Translations under genes and position numbers: made by a program
Notes under the pieces: generated by a model
Databases searched by the model: none
What the model was told of the DNA's origin: nothing
Seen by the model: the letters and a program-made list of their open reading frames with translations, nothing else
DNA from: Amoebidium appalachense
Lineage: Eukaryota > Protista > Ichthyosporea
Length of the DNA: 64,000 bases
NCBI GenBank assembly: GCA_963693365.1
Contig: CAVNZM010000014.1
Span: 4,154,001-4,218,000 of the forward strand
Direction: 5' to 3'
In this document: piece by piece, positions 1 through 9,253 of the stretch
How positions within the stretch are numbered: the stretch's first letter is position 1
How the letters are laid out: each line of letters opens with the position of its first letter

Positions 1-324
1 CTAAGGTTACATTTCAAGATGTTCAGAGAGAGCCAGGAAGAGTTTGAAGATGACCTGTTGCGGGCACTGGATGCCGACCCGCAACAGGTCCTGCAAGCCC
101 ACCCGTTTCTGCAGGCCATGTTGGCCCCACCACCCCCACCCCCACCCCTCCCCGGCCTCCCCCCGGCCCCCACCCCCATCAACCACCCCGATGACCCCCA
201 GATCATGGCCATGCCCGCCGAGGGCAACTGGCGGCTGCGTTCCCGTGTCGATGACATGCAGGCACGGGGACTGGGTGTGCGTGGTCACACCCTCGAGTAC
301 CAACGCGGCGTTCATACTTGCTAG
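1..324 (+). CDS. Viral hypothetical protein, C-terminal part (frame open to window edge), proline-rich
   Basis: Frame 1 is open from base 1 (LRLHFKMFRESQEEF...) to the stop at 324, converging on the MCP stop; no recognisable domain. Confidence 0.55.
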   Translation, partial: LRLHFKMFRESQEEFEDDLLRALDADPQQVLQAHPFLQAMLAPPPPPPPLPGLPPAPTPINHPDDPQIMAMPAEGNWRLRSRVDDMQARGLGVRGHTLEYQRGVHTC

Positions 325-354
325 GTGGTCCACACAATTTGCACCTTTGAGTTA

Positions 355-2094
355 TTAAGCCTCCACCGTCACCTCACGGGCACCGGACAGCACCAGCACG
401 TTCTCGTGGTGCACGAAGGTGTCGAGGGTCAGGTCGTCCTGAACCGTGGGTTCCCCGACCCCGGCGGAGAACTTTTCCGTGTTCAGGTGCAGCAGAATGG
501 GGGTGGCGTCGGAGCTGGTGTCGAGCCCAGAGTACAGGTCACGGTCCCTCTCGAGGTCCAGGGCGATCATGAACTGCTTGTCGGGCCAGGACGTGGAGTT
601 GTACATGCAATCGGCCGTGACGTCACCCAAGAAGTAGAGGGCCTTAGCCAGCTCGGCCCATGCCTCGGCGCAGTTGTTCTTCGACACACGAATTTCGTCG
701 AGGGGCTTCTGGTAGGGGCCTATCTTGATCTGGTAGCTCGTTATGTTGCTGCGTTCCGACCTAAACGACTCGTAGCCGGCCTGGGCCCACGTGTTGCCGT
801 TACGAACGAGGGAGAGCAGGGACTTGACGTTTCTCCCCCGGAACGAAATGTGCAGGTCGGCAGGGCTGCCCCCCTTGACGTAGCTCTGGAAGTGGGTGAA
901 CGTGCTGTAGGGAATGTACACGTTCTTCTCCATCAAGGCCTTTTCGAAGCCGGCCGTGTAGACGGCGTTCCACTCGATGATTTCGCAGTGGAGGACGGGG
1001 TTGATGATCTCGTAGGCGACGTCCTTGAGCCAATTCTCGTTCTCGGTGGGCACGTACAACACTTGGTTTGCCTCACCCAACGACAGCTCGATCTGCACCT
1101 CCCCCATGTACGACAGCGGGAGGTACCGGCCGGACCGCATGAGGCCGAGCTTGAGCTGGTGAATGTAGGTGAAACCGTCGGTGGCGTCGATTTGGGCCTG
1201 GATGTTGGCCTGGTGGGGAGGCCACTTGGCGGCGCGGGCGGTGTAGTCGAGGAAGCGGTCGGCAGGAATGCCGTCCTTGCCCGGCAGCTTGTCGACATCG
1301 GGGGCAAACAGGGCCTCGTTGGGCAAGGGGTCCGTCCCCCTCGCCTTCTCGATGCCAAAGAGCTTTTTGAGGGGGTCGGGGTTGAAGGACGAGTACTGGG
1401 CGGCCGTGGTGGTGTTCCACTTGTCCGCATACTCCCAGTCGGCGTCCTGCGGGCTGTACGTCCCGTGCATGCGGCCGGCGGGGCTGTTGCCGTAGTCGGC
1501 CGACGACAGGAACCGTTCCAGGTTGATCATCAGGTGGTTGTAGCCTGAAATGTCCTCGACGGTGGTGCCGTTGATGGACACACGGGCCCGTTCAAACGGT
1601 GCGGCCGAGGAGCAGAGGTGGCCCCCCATCATGGCCATCCCCTCCAGGTTGCGGACCTTGAGGGGGAAAATGTCGGTTGCCGCCGCGTTGTTGTTGAGGG
1701 TGTTGTTGGCCAACGTCTCGCTCTGGGGCACGGTGGTGCCCTCGTAGTCCCTTATGGTGGTGTCGATCTCGAGGGGGTGGGCCAGCTGACCGGGGAGGGG
1801 GAACCTGCGCAGCCTCTCCACCTTCACGCCCACGTACTCGGGGGCGTTGGGCACGTTGGCCTTGAACTGGAACGTCATGTAGGAGTTGAGACAGTCCAGG
1901 AAGCCCACGGCCGGCAGGGAGAACCGAATCACGCGCTGCCCCTTTGAGCTGTACGTCGAGCCGGTCACCGGGTAGGTCTTGACCGTCGACCGGCGGTTGA
2001 TGTGGCTGAGCTCCACGGGCGAGTACGTGCCGGCGTCCGTCAGCTTGTGGTAGGCCATGTTGAGGGGCACGGAGGCGTCGTAGGGGGCTGCCAT
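355..2094 (-). CDS. Major capsid protein (double jelly-roll, Polinton/PLV type), ~579 aa
   Basis: Motifs RVIRFSLPAVGFLDCLNSYMTFQF, PFERARVSINGTTVEDISGYNHL, LGLMRSGRYLPLSYMGEVQIELSL and KQFMIALDLER resemble Polinton-like MCPs. Start chosen at ATG 2094 (caccaccaacATG) downstream of the AAAAAAATGT motif. Confidence 0.88.
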   Translation of the reverse strand: MAAPYDASVPLNMAYHKLTDAGTYSPVELSHINRRSTVKTYPVTGSTYSSKGQRVIRFSLPAVGFLDCLNSYMTFQFKANVPNAPEYVGVKVERLRRFPLPGQLAHPLEIDTTIRDYEGTTVPQSETLANNTLNNNAAATDIFPLKVRNLEGMAMMGGHLCSSAAPFERARVSINGTTVEDISGYNHLMINLERFLSSADYGNSPAGRMHGTYSPQDADWEYADKWNTTTAAQYSSFNPDPLKKLFGIEKARGTDPLPNEALFAPDVDKLPGKDGIPADRFLDYTARAAKWPPHQANIQAQIDATDGFTYIHQLKLGLMRSGRYLPLSYMGEVQIELSLGEANQVLYVPTENENWLKDVAYEIINPVLHCEIIEWNAVYTAGFEKALMEKNVYIPYSTFTHFQSYVKGGSPADLHISFRGRNVKSLLSLVRNGNTWAQAGYESFRSERSNITSYQIKIGPYQKPLDEIRVSKNNCAEAWAELAKALYFLGDVTADCMYNSTSWPDKQFMIALDLERDRDLYSGLDTSSDATPILLHLNTEKFSAGVGEPTVQDDLTLDTFVHHENVLVLSGAREVTVEA

Positions 2095-2107
2095 GTTGGT
2101 GGTGTGT

Positions 2108-2881
2108 TTACCTATGCCGTACATTTTTTTCGCCGTCACTGTCGCCGCCACCGTCGGACCCCGGGGACCCCAGCACCACCTCCTGTTCGAAATTTCGAAA
2201 CATCCGCCCCTCGTTCAAGCGGATAAAGAGGAAGTCGTGCTTGCCCCGGTAGACCGTGTCCATCAATTCGAAAAATTGGGGGGTCTCGAGGGCGGGCAGG
2301 AACTCGTCCCGCAACACCTTGAGCTCGGTGTTGTTGGTGTTCTTGAAGTAGGCCAAGGCGTCAGCCTGGCTGCGCAGCTCGAGGGGTATCTTGTTGAGCT
2401 TCTGCCCGACCATCATCACCGACACACCAATGTGTCGGCGGTTCTGCGCCATGCGCACAAACTCGCGCAGGTTGCCCGACTTGCGAAAAATGTGGGACAT
2501 GTCGTCAAACACCAGCAGCATGCGGTAGTTGGGGTTAACCTTCTTGTGCTGAAGCGACAGCTTGAGAATCTCGGGGAGGAACGACACGTCCTGGTGCAGG
2601 CGGGCCTTGGGGATTTTCAGGGCCGTGCCCAGGGTGTGCATGCTCGGGCTGAAAATGTACACGCGGTCAAACAGTTTATTGTAGAACTGACCCTCCCGGG
2701 CAATCAAGTTGACGAGCAGGTTGGACTTGCCGGACCCGGGCTGGCCAATGAGCAGGAAGAAGAACACGTTGTCCATCAACGGGTAGGGCACCCTCAGCTT
2801 GGTGTCGCACGTCATTGGTATGTGCTCCACCGAGAGGGGTGCGGGCAGGGGCTTGACGGCAATGGGCGGGGGCGGGTGCAT
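2108..2881 (-). CDS. A32/FtsK-HerA family genome packaging ATPase
   Basis: Walker A LLIGQPGSGKSNLL, Walker B MLLVFDDM, arginine-finger/sensor segment NRRHIGVSVMMVGQ; adjacent to MCP. Start could alternatively be 2911. Confidence 0.92.
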   Translation of the reverse strand: MHPPPPIAVKPLPAPLSVEHIPMTCDTKLRVPYPLMDNVFFFLLIGQPGSGKSNLLVNLIAREGQFYNKLFDRVYIFSPSMHTLGTALKIPKARLHQDVSFLPEILKLSLQHKKVNPNYRMLLVFDDMSHIFRKSGNLREFVRMAQNRRHIGVSVMMVGQKLNKIPLELRSQADALAYFKNTNNTELKVLRDEFLPALETPQFFELMDTVYRGKHDFLFIRLNEGRMFRNFEQEVVLGSPGSDGGGDSDGEKNVRHR

Positions 2882-2915
2882 GATGGTGTCACTCTCACCC
2901 AACAGGCCCATAAAA

Positions 2916-3152
2916 TTAGTGCCTGCAGCCGTCCATTTGCACGTTGTAGACCGTGAAGTCGTCCAGGCACTCGAAGCTGCAGAGGTACATGGGCTCGTCA
3001 CCCAGCCACGTCATGACGCACCCACAGTCAAAGTCGTAGCCCGGCCCCTCCTCCTGGGTGGCGCACTTGAACCAGTGCCCACAGTAGTCGCACGCGTGCT
3101 GCCATGGTTCGGCGTCCGTGTCGGATGCCGCCTTGGTTGTCGGGTTGGCCAT
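2916..3152 (-). CDS. Small Cys-rich putative zinc-finger protein (78 aa)
   Basis: CDYC...CGC...LCSFEC; ATG 3152 preceded by the AAAAAATGTG motif shared with other viral genes. Confidence 0.6.
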   Translation of the reverse strand: MANPTTKAASDTDAEPWQHACDYCGHWFKCATQEEGPGYDFDCGCVMTWLGDEPMYLCSFECLDDFTVYNVQMDGCRH

Positions 3153-3176
3153 GTCGGTTGCCGTGTCTGTAATACG

Positions 3177-3230
3177 GCACACATTTTTTGGACGTTGGCA
3201 CCGTCCAACGTCGGTAAAAAAAATGTGTGC
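3177..3230. promoter_or_regulatory. Palindromic bidirectional viral promoter
   Basis: GCACACATTTTTT-gGACGTTGG-caccgt-CCAACGTCggtaa-AAAAAATGTGTGC inverted repeat between divergent starts 3152(-) and 3247(+). Confidence 0.65.
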
Positions 3231-3246
3231 GTACTGGTAACCAACC

Positions 3247-3855
3247 ATGTCGGCCGAAGACAACCAAATCGAGCGCGTGTCTGACGGCGAAGTCCACCAA
3301 CCCGTGTCCAACGGCGCCACCGGCATGGGTGTGGAGCCCATGGTGTTGGACGCCGGCCACGTGGCCAAGGCGAGACGGCAGCCCACGGCCCGGCAGCTGG
3401 AAGCCCTGGAGAAGGGCCGGAGCACCAGGGTGGAACGCATGCGGCGAAACAAGGACTACATCCGTGAACTCGAGCAGAAGCTGCAGGTGCTGGAGACCCG
3501 CCCGCCCGGCCCCCCGCCGGCAAAAGCAGAAGCACCGGCACAACCCCCAAAAGCACCCCGGCCAAGGCAGAAGAAGGCACCACGGAAGCCCATGACGAGG
3601 GTGGTGTTCGAGGAAGGGGACAGCGATGGTGGCTATGACGACTCGGACCCGCACAGCAACCCCTACTACCAGTACTACATGCCCCCGCCGGTACCACACC
3701 CCATGGGTGCACCGGGCGGGTACGCACCTCCACAGACACGCCACAGTGCCCCCCACACGGGCATGGGCTACGGCCCGTACCACCCTCCTGCGGCAGCAGC
3801 ACCCCCTCCCCAGCGCAGCTACAGCGACCACATCGCCAGCCTCATTTCGTGGTGA
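3247..3855 (+). CDS. Viral basic/coiled-coil protein with bZIP-like segment and Pro/Tyr-rich tail
   Basis: RQLEALEKGRSTRVERMRRNKDYIRELEQKLQVLE; good start context caaccATG. Confidence 0.75.
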   Translation: MSAEDNQIERVSDGEVHQPVSNGATGMGVEPMVLDAGHVAKARRQPTARQLEALEKGRSTRVERMRRNKDYIRELEQKLQVLETRPPGPPPAKAEAPAQPPKAPRPRQKKAPRKPMTRVVFEEGDSDGGYDDSDPHSNPYYQYYMPPPVPHPMGAPGGYAPPQTRHSAPHTGMGYGPYHPPAAAAPPPQRSYSDHIASLISW

Positions 3856-3910
3856 CGTAGAAAGGAAAAATTCGTGTGCCCCACTAGTAGCAAGCTACCG
3901 GTGCACGGCC

Positions 3911-4201
3911 ATGGCTACCCCTAGGAGCACGAAAAACCTGCCGTCGGCGTACTCGTCGCCGTTGACGTTCGACGACTACCTCGAGTTCTACATACGACAC
4001 GGCACGGACAAACAGTTCGACCCGGCCGACAAGGCCGGGAAGAAGCCCGAAAACAAAATCGAAAAAAAATTCCTGAGGTTGAAGAAGAGGGTGCCGGTCG
4101 ACCGGCAGGAGGAGCTGAGGAAGGTGCTGGAATACGAGGCCGAGCTCGACGCCCGCATGCTGGCCCACATACAGAAGCAGGAGGGGGAGACCAACATCTA
4201 A
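3911..4201 (+). CDS. Viral hypothetical charged protein (96 aa)
   Basis: gccATG start, viral codon usage, stop overlaps the stop of the convergent ORF. Confidence 0.65.
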   Translation: MATPRSTKNLPSAYSSPLTFDDYLEFYIRHGTDKQFDPADKAGKKPENKIEKKFLRLKKRVPVDRQEELRKVLEYEAELDARMLAHIQKQEGETNI

Positions 4202-4443
4202 AAATAGGACCGGCCACCGCCCGACCGACCGGCCCGGAGAGACCTCTGCAGGTAGTTGATGTTGCTGCCGGCGTAGGCAATGCCCTGGGCGGCACGACCA
4301 ATGTCCATGACCGTCCGGAACCTGTCCCAGGCCTCGTTGGGGTGGACGATGACGGTGTGGCTGCGTGGTGTGGCCGTGCGGTCCGGCAGTGCCGGCCGCC
4401 AGTACTCGGAGTCGTTGACGTGCCCCACCCCTCGAAAATCCAT
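4198..4443 (-). CDS. Small viral protein, possible core/cement protein (81 aa)
   Basis: aaacaaacATG start; Arg/Gly-rich C-terminus RSLRAGRSGGGRSYF. Confidence 0.55.
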   Translation of the reverse strand: MDFRGVGHVNDSEYWRPALPDRTATPRSHTVIVHPNEAWDRFRTVMDIGRAAQGIAYAGSNINYLQRSLRAGRSGGGRSYF

Positions 4444-4499
4444 GTTTGTTTGTAAGGCTCCCGTTAACCGTTGTATGTCAAAATATAGCCACCGTCACG

Positions 4500-5585
4500 C
4501 TAGCCGAACCGTTGGGGTTTGGCCATGGGCCGGATCGCCGTGACCCCCGTGGGGCTCGGGATTCGCCGGAGGCACAATAAAACCGTCATGTCCCCCCTCA
4601 GCCCCACCACGTCCCCGTAGCAGCTGACCAGCTTGATGCTGAGCGAGTTGATGTGCGTGCTGACGTCCAGAGGCAGCTCGACGACGGCCCCGTTGTCAAA
4701 GAGGGGGAGGGCGTACTGCGGGAAGGTGGGTATGACGGCCAGAATGTCCTTGCTCGGATAGGACGACTGGAACTTGACGTCGGCGTTGGCCACGCTCACC
4801 GACGACTCCGAATTCACCCCGTGGAGCTCAAGGAAAAAGTGGCTGGGGAATGCCGGTATGTTGGGGGCCATGACCTCTCCCTCTGCCTTGGAGGCGGCCA
4901 GCTGGCCGTCGAGGGGCATGCCGGCCGCTGCAGCCATGACCGGGCTGTCGAACCACATGACCACCCGGTAAAACTCGTTCGCATTGAACAGCGTGATGCG
5001 GCTGGCTACTTGGTGACACCCCACCCCCAACGTGTCCACGTCGTTCACAATCTCGTCCTTGATGGCGTCGGGTAGATTCGGGTGGTAGACTTCCTTCAAG
5101 GCGTAGTTCAACCAGGCAGCCACGAGCGTGCCCACAATGTTCTCGTCGTCTAGTTCATACGCCTCAGAGTCATCCGCGCACAGTTTCCTGGACCCACGGC
5201 CGACGTACTCCCCCCTAGGGTCCACCCCAAACTCGTACAGGGGTATCTGCTTGAAGGTCGACAACGACGATTCCGGCACGTCCGCAGGGAGGGGCTCCAG
5301 GGGTATGCGTCTGTGCTCCATGCTGGGCCCCCACCCGCCCGGGGAGCCGGGGTCGACCGGCCGCAGGGCAATGTTGACGTAGCACTTGTCACGAGGGAAG
5401 GGGTAGTAGAAGGTGTTGGCCGACGTCATGGTGCTCACCCAACGGGCACCCAACGACGTGTTCTGCATGAACCCGATGGGCGGTGAGAGCATGGCCTTCA
5501 TCTGCACAGGTGCAGGCTCCTGCTGGCCCTGCACAAAGTCACCGACGTGCTGCATGACAACCAGGTGTGTGGGTGCGTGGTCCAT
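4500..5585 (-). CDS. Minor capsid (penton-like, single jelly-roll) protein
   Basis: C-terminal pattern DILAVIP...INSLSIKLVSCYGDVVGLRGDMTVLLCLRR typical of Polinton/virophage pentons; start caccaccATG at 5585. Confidence 0.75.
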   Translation of the reverse strand: MDHAPTHLVVMQHVGDFVQGQQEPAPVQMKAMLSPPIGFMQNTSLGARWVSTMTSANTFYYPFPRDKCYVNIALRPVDPGSPGGWGPSMEHRRIPLEPLPADVPESSLSTFKQIPLYEFGVDPRGEYVGRGSRKLCADDSEAYELDDENIVGTLVAAWLNYALKEVYHPNLPDAIKDEIVNDVDTLGVGCHQVASRITLFNANEFYRVVMWFDSPVMAAAAGMPLDGQLAASKAEGEVMAPNIPAFPSHFFLELHGVNSESSVSVANADVKFQSSYPSKDILAVIPTFPQYALPLFDNGAVVELPLDVSTHINSLSIKLVSCYGDVVGLRGDMTVLLCLRRIPSPTGVTAIRPMAKPQRFG

Positions 5586-5643
5586 GGTGGTGGTTGTTAC
5601 GTAATGAGGTACAAAAAATCGCCGTGTAACAGTAACGTGCAAC

Positions 5644-7113
5644 ATGCCGAGCACAACCGACTGGACCGTGGCCACCGGGCTGGCCCTCGCCAACCGGCGC
5701 AGAAACGGCTACTACGTGGGGCTCCTGCCCGACAACGCCGCCCACGACCACGACGCATACGAGCTGACGTTGCCCACCACCCGGCCGGCCACCGACTCGT
5801 ACGTGGCGTGCGGTGCAGACGGCGTGCTCTCGTTTGTGGCTGCCGCCGACGTGCCCACGGACATGACGGTCAAGAACCTGGAGGCCAGGGTGGTGGCAGT
5901 GGAGGGGGTCAACACCACCCAGGACACCGACATTGCCAGTCTCAAAACCACCACGGGAGGCCTGGACACACGGCTGGCGGCGGTGGAGACGAAAGCCACG
6001 AGTGCCCTCGACACGGCCAACGGTGCGGTGACGATCAACACCGCCCAGACAAACGACATTGCCGGCCTCAAAACCGTCACGGGGAGCCTGGACACACGGC
6101 TGACGGCAGTGGAGAGCAAGGCCACCACCGCCCTCGGCACGGCCAACGGTGCGGTGACGGTCAACACCACACAGAACACGGACATTGCCGCCCTCAAGAC
6201 CACCACGGGAGGCCTGGACACGAGGCTGACGGCAGTGGAGAGCAAGGCCACCACCGCCCTCAGCACCGCCAACGGTGCAGTGACGGTCAACACCACACAG
6301 AACACGGACATTGCCGGCCTCAAGACCACCACGGGGAGCCTGGACACGAGGCTGACGGCAGTGGAGAGCAAGGCCACCAGCGCCCTCAGCACGGCCAACG
6401 GTGCAGTGACGGTCAACACCACCCAGACAAACGACATTGCCGGCCTCAAGACTACCACCGGTACACTCACAACGGACATGACGGCCATCAAGAACAGACT
6501 CCCTGCCAACACCAACAGGCTGGCCGATGAAGCGTGGGTGAGGCAGAGGACCGGCCCAGCGTACAAGGCAGTGAAGGTGTACCACATTACCAACCGAACG
6601 TGGAGCTCCCTCTTGGGCGATACAGCCGCTGCATGGGGTGACATTTTTAGCCTCAAGTCGGACACCGACCCAAACATCAACCTTGGGTGGATGACACAGC
6701 CAGGGGCCGAACTGCTCATCGTGCACGAGTTTTGGAAGGCGCTCGGCAACAACCAATTCCAGTTCATGGTGCAGGAAGGTCGGGTGTCCATGGCCTGTGT
6801 GGACCCTGTTAGTCCGAACGGCCATTACCCGTTTGCCATAGGGTGTGGTCTGATCGAGGGGGAACTACAGCCCACAGGAAACGGGACAGATTTCTGGCTA
6901 CGAATAAGGGTGACCAATAGAACCTCTGACACCTATAGCTTTGGCAATGCGTCAGGCTACAATGCATTCAACGTGCAGGTGATTGCCAGGTACCCCCACT
7001 TTAGCGAATATGTCAACAAATCTAGCATTCCGAGAACAGACCTCAACTTCCACGATCCAAACTACTTTGCCGACTACCCATATGCAACCGAGACAGGTAG
7101 CTGGCTACCGTAG
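5644..7113 (+). CDS. Fibre-like protein: N-terminal anchor, trimeric coiled-coil stalk, beta-rich head
   Basis: About 4.5 copies of a 42-aa (six-heptad) repeat with N..Q...I layers; divergent from the penton gene. Confidence 0.8.
   Translation: MPSTTDWTVATGLALANRRRNGYYVGLLPDNAAHDHDAYELTLPTTRPATDSYVACGADGVLSFVAAADVPTDMTVKNLEARVVAVEGVNTTQDTDIASLKTTTGGLDTRLAAVETKATSALDTANGAVTINTAQTNDIAGLKTVTGSLDTRLTAVESKATTALGTANGAVTVNTTQNTDIAALKTTTGGLDTRLTAVESKATTALSTANGAVTVNTTQNTDIAGLKTTTGSLDTRLTAVESKATSALSTANGAVTVNTTQTNDIAGLKTTTGTLTTDMTAIKNRLPANTNRLADEAWVRQRTGPAYKAVKVYHITNRTWSSLLGDTAAAWGDIFSLKSDTDPNINLGWMTQPGAELLIVHEFWKALGNNQFQFMVQEGRVSMACVDPVSPNGHYPFAIGCGLIEGELQPTGNGTDFWLRIRVTNRTSDTYSFGNASGYNAFNVQVIARYPHFSEYVNKSSIPRTDLNFHDPNYFADYPYATETGSWLP
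5911..6480 (+). repeat. 126-bp coding tandem repeat in fibre stalk
   Basis: aacaccacccag at 5911 recurs at 126-nt spacing (6037 and onward). Confidence 0.9.
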
Positions 7114-7155
7114 GTGCCAAGGTGAATTTTTCTCTACGGGGTATTAAGACTCACC

Positions 7156-7215
7156 ATGAGTCATTTGCAGTGGCACGTTTCCCAGGGAATTCCCCTACTG
7201 GCACTGAGAAACTAA
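7156..7215 (+). pseudogene. Truncated paralogous start of the anchor-domain gene family (MSHLQWHVSQGIPLLALRN*)
   Basis: actcaccATGagtcatttgcagtggcacgtttcccaggga aligns with actcaccATGaacagtttgccgtggcacgttaccgaggga at 7245. Confidence 0.6.
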
Positions 7216-7244
7216 ATTATTTCTAACACACTAGTAAACTCACC

Positions 7245-9251
7245 ATGAACAGTTTGCCGTGGCACGTTACCGAGGGAGTCTCCCTGGTGGGTCCAAAAAG
7301 CAGAGACTACTACGTCGGCATCCGACCCGACTCGAGCGGGCACGGGCACGACAGCTACGTCCTCGAGCTGCCCAAAAGCCTCCCCCGAGCGGGGCCAGCC
7401 TTCTTGAAGGTGGACGAGGTGGGGGCCGGTACCTTCATGCCCGTGGCGGAGGTGACCGACCGGCTGGACGACCTGGAGAGGAGGGTGGTGCTGTTGGAAA
7501 AGGGCATGGTCAAGAACTGGGAGGAGCACACCGTCTACGACACCATGAAGGAAACCTTGGACACTATAGTAAAGGTGCTGTGGGGGGACGACAAGGAGAA
7601 CTTTGAAGACAACATTGTACGTCGCCTGCTGAGGCTGGAAGGCCTAACCCCCGACCCGATATTTCCCTACTCCATGTGGGTCCGGCCAAACTTTTTGTTT
7701 TCCGACGGGTGGACGTCGGTGCGTACCATAAACAGACAGATCAAGACAGCCCTGCCCGAACGCCCCGACTTCCCCAAGTTCCCCATGATAAGCAACCCAG
7801 ACACCCCACACAGCATGGGCACCCCCCTCTTTTTTGGGAGCTGGGACGAGGAGAGACAGACCATCACGTTCCAGGCCCACCACTACCCCATGTCTGCACG
7901 AACCGCATGCTTCAAGTTCGACCATGTCGGCATAGACGGACAGGACAAGGACGACGGCCACACGTACACCCACTTCTACGAAAACGAAACGGACGAGGCA
8001 AGACACGCCACCCTTTGGCCCTACACCCCAACCATGGAGGCCGTCATATCATCAAACACGTACCCCCTCAACAACAACTACGCCTACAACAAGAAGGGCA
8101 TCAGCAGGGTCTTACCGTTCATGACGTACGACATTGTCATGGGCACCGTGCCCCGGGGGGAGCCGCTGCAGCAGCACATTGCCGGCAAGCTCACCGCCAA
8201 CCTAGACAGCAGCCAGCTGTACGAGCTCAACCAGGTCGTCGTCGAGAAGGCCGAGTACCTGCACGACGTGCCCATCATCAACACAGAGGTTGACCACACG
8301 GACCTGCACGACACCAACAACGACTGGCACATGGACTACATCAACGAGGACAACCCCGACCTGCCCGGGGGCGGAAAGTTCCCCTACGACGACAAGGTTC
8401 TCACAAACTGGATAAAGAGCAGGGTTTGGGCACAGGAGCAAGAGACCATATCGGGCACAACCAAGACACGGTACTTCAGGCCGGGCCTCCTGCACTTCTC
8501 CAACAGGGGCCCCAACGACTACACCACCACACGCATGGGCTACGTGAAACTTGACCACAAGGTCCACTACAAGTTTCCCAGCGTCATGTTTCAATACGAA
8601 ACCACCGTCAGCGCCGTCGGTGATTTGGGGGGGACCAACAAGAGCGTGTATTCGGGCCCCAAAGGGTCACTACCCCACCCGGAAATGGAGCTCACGTACA
8701 GGGTGACAAGCCGGGTGCTACGTCTAAACTACAACGAAGCCGTTTCCCCCGACCCCTGGGACGAGGTGGACCAGCTATGGGAACCGGTGGGCTCGGCCCT
8801 CAAACAGTACCTCAACACCATACGTGCACACATGCCCAACGGAAAGGTGCCACAGAGCATGCAGGAAAACGACCTGTGGTTTATGGTGAGGCCTAGGGAG
8901 ATCAACTTTGTGCCCGTGCTAAGAGACTTCGTCGAAGAGGAAACGTTCAAACCAAGCCCGTTGGACATTGTGGAGAGTGTGATGGACTTGATGGGGGTCA
9001 TACCTGTGGTCGGCGATGCCGTGTCTGCCGTGGGCAAGGGGGCATGCAAACTCGCACAGAGGTACGGAGGTAAGCTAGGCACGGGCATTGGCAAGATGGG
9101 CAAGAGGAAGGCACGCCGGGCCGCCACCGACTACGACAACTACGCCGCCGAGCTCGAGGCCTGGAAGAACAACCAGGGTAAGTACGGGCCCGACCACAAC
9201 GTCGTGGATGTGGGCGACTGGGACAACGGGCCAAAATGGACCATGCCCTAA
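7245..9251 (+). CDS. Large virion spike-like protein with shared N-terminal anchor and C-terminal amphipathic hairpin (668 aa)
   Basis: N-terminus homologous to the fibre N-terminus, then a short coiled coil; C-terminal LDIVESVMDLMGVIPVVGDAVSAVGKG followed by a basic tract. Confidence 0.75.
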   Translation: MNSLPWHVTEGVSLVGPKSRDYYVGIRPDSSGHGHDSYVLELPKSLPRAGPAFLKVDEVGAGTFMPVAEVTDRLDDLERRVVLLEKGMVKNWEEHTVYDTMKETLDTIVKVLWGDDKENFEDNIVRRLLRLEGLTPDPIFPYSMWVRPNFLFSDGWTSVRTINRQIKTALPERPDFPKFPMISNPDTPHSMGTPLFFGSWDEERQTITFQAHHYPMSARTACFKFDHVGIDGQDKDDGHTYTHFYENETDEARHATLWPYTPTMEAVISSNTYPLNNNYAYNKKGISRVLPFMTYDIVMGTVPRGEPLQQHIAGKLTANLDSSQLYELNQVVVEKAEYLHDVPIINTEVDHTDLHDTNNDWHMDYINEDNPDLPGGGKFPYDDKVLTNWIKSRVWAQEQETISGTTKTRYFRPGLLHFSNRGPNDYTTTRMGYVKLDHKVHYKFPSVMFQYETTVSAVGDLGGTNKSVYSGPKGSLPHPEMELTYRVTSRVLRLNYNEAVSPDPWDEVDQLWEPVGSALKQYLNTIRAHMPNGKVPQSMQENDLWFMVRPREINFVPVLRDFVEEETFKPSPLDIVESVMDLMGVIPVVGDAVSAVGKGACKLAQRYGGKLGTGIGKMGKRKARRAATDYDNYAAELEAWKNNQGKYGPDHNVVDVGDWDNGPKWTMP

Positions 9252-9253
9252 AA

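Noticed and set aside
325-2956. Long plus-strand ORFs antisense to MCP and ATPase (325-1548, 2093-2956) and similar shadow ORFs over the fibre
   Set aside because: Expected from high GC3 codon bias of the real genes; no motifs.
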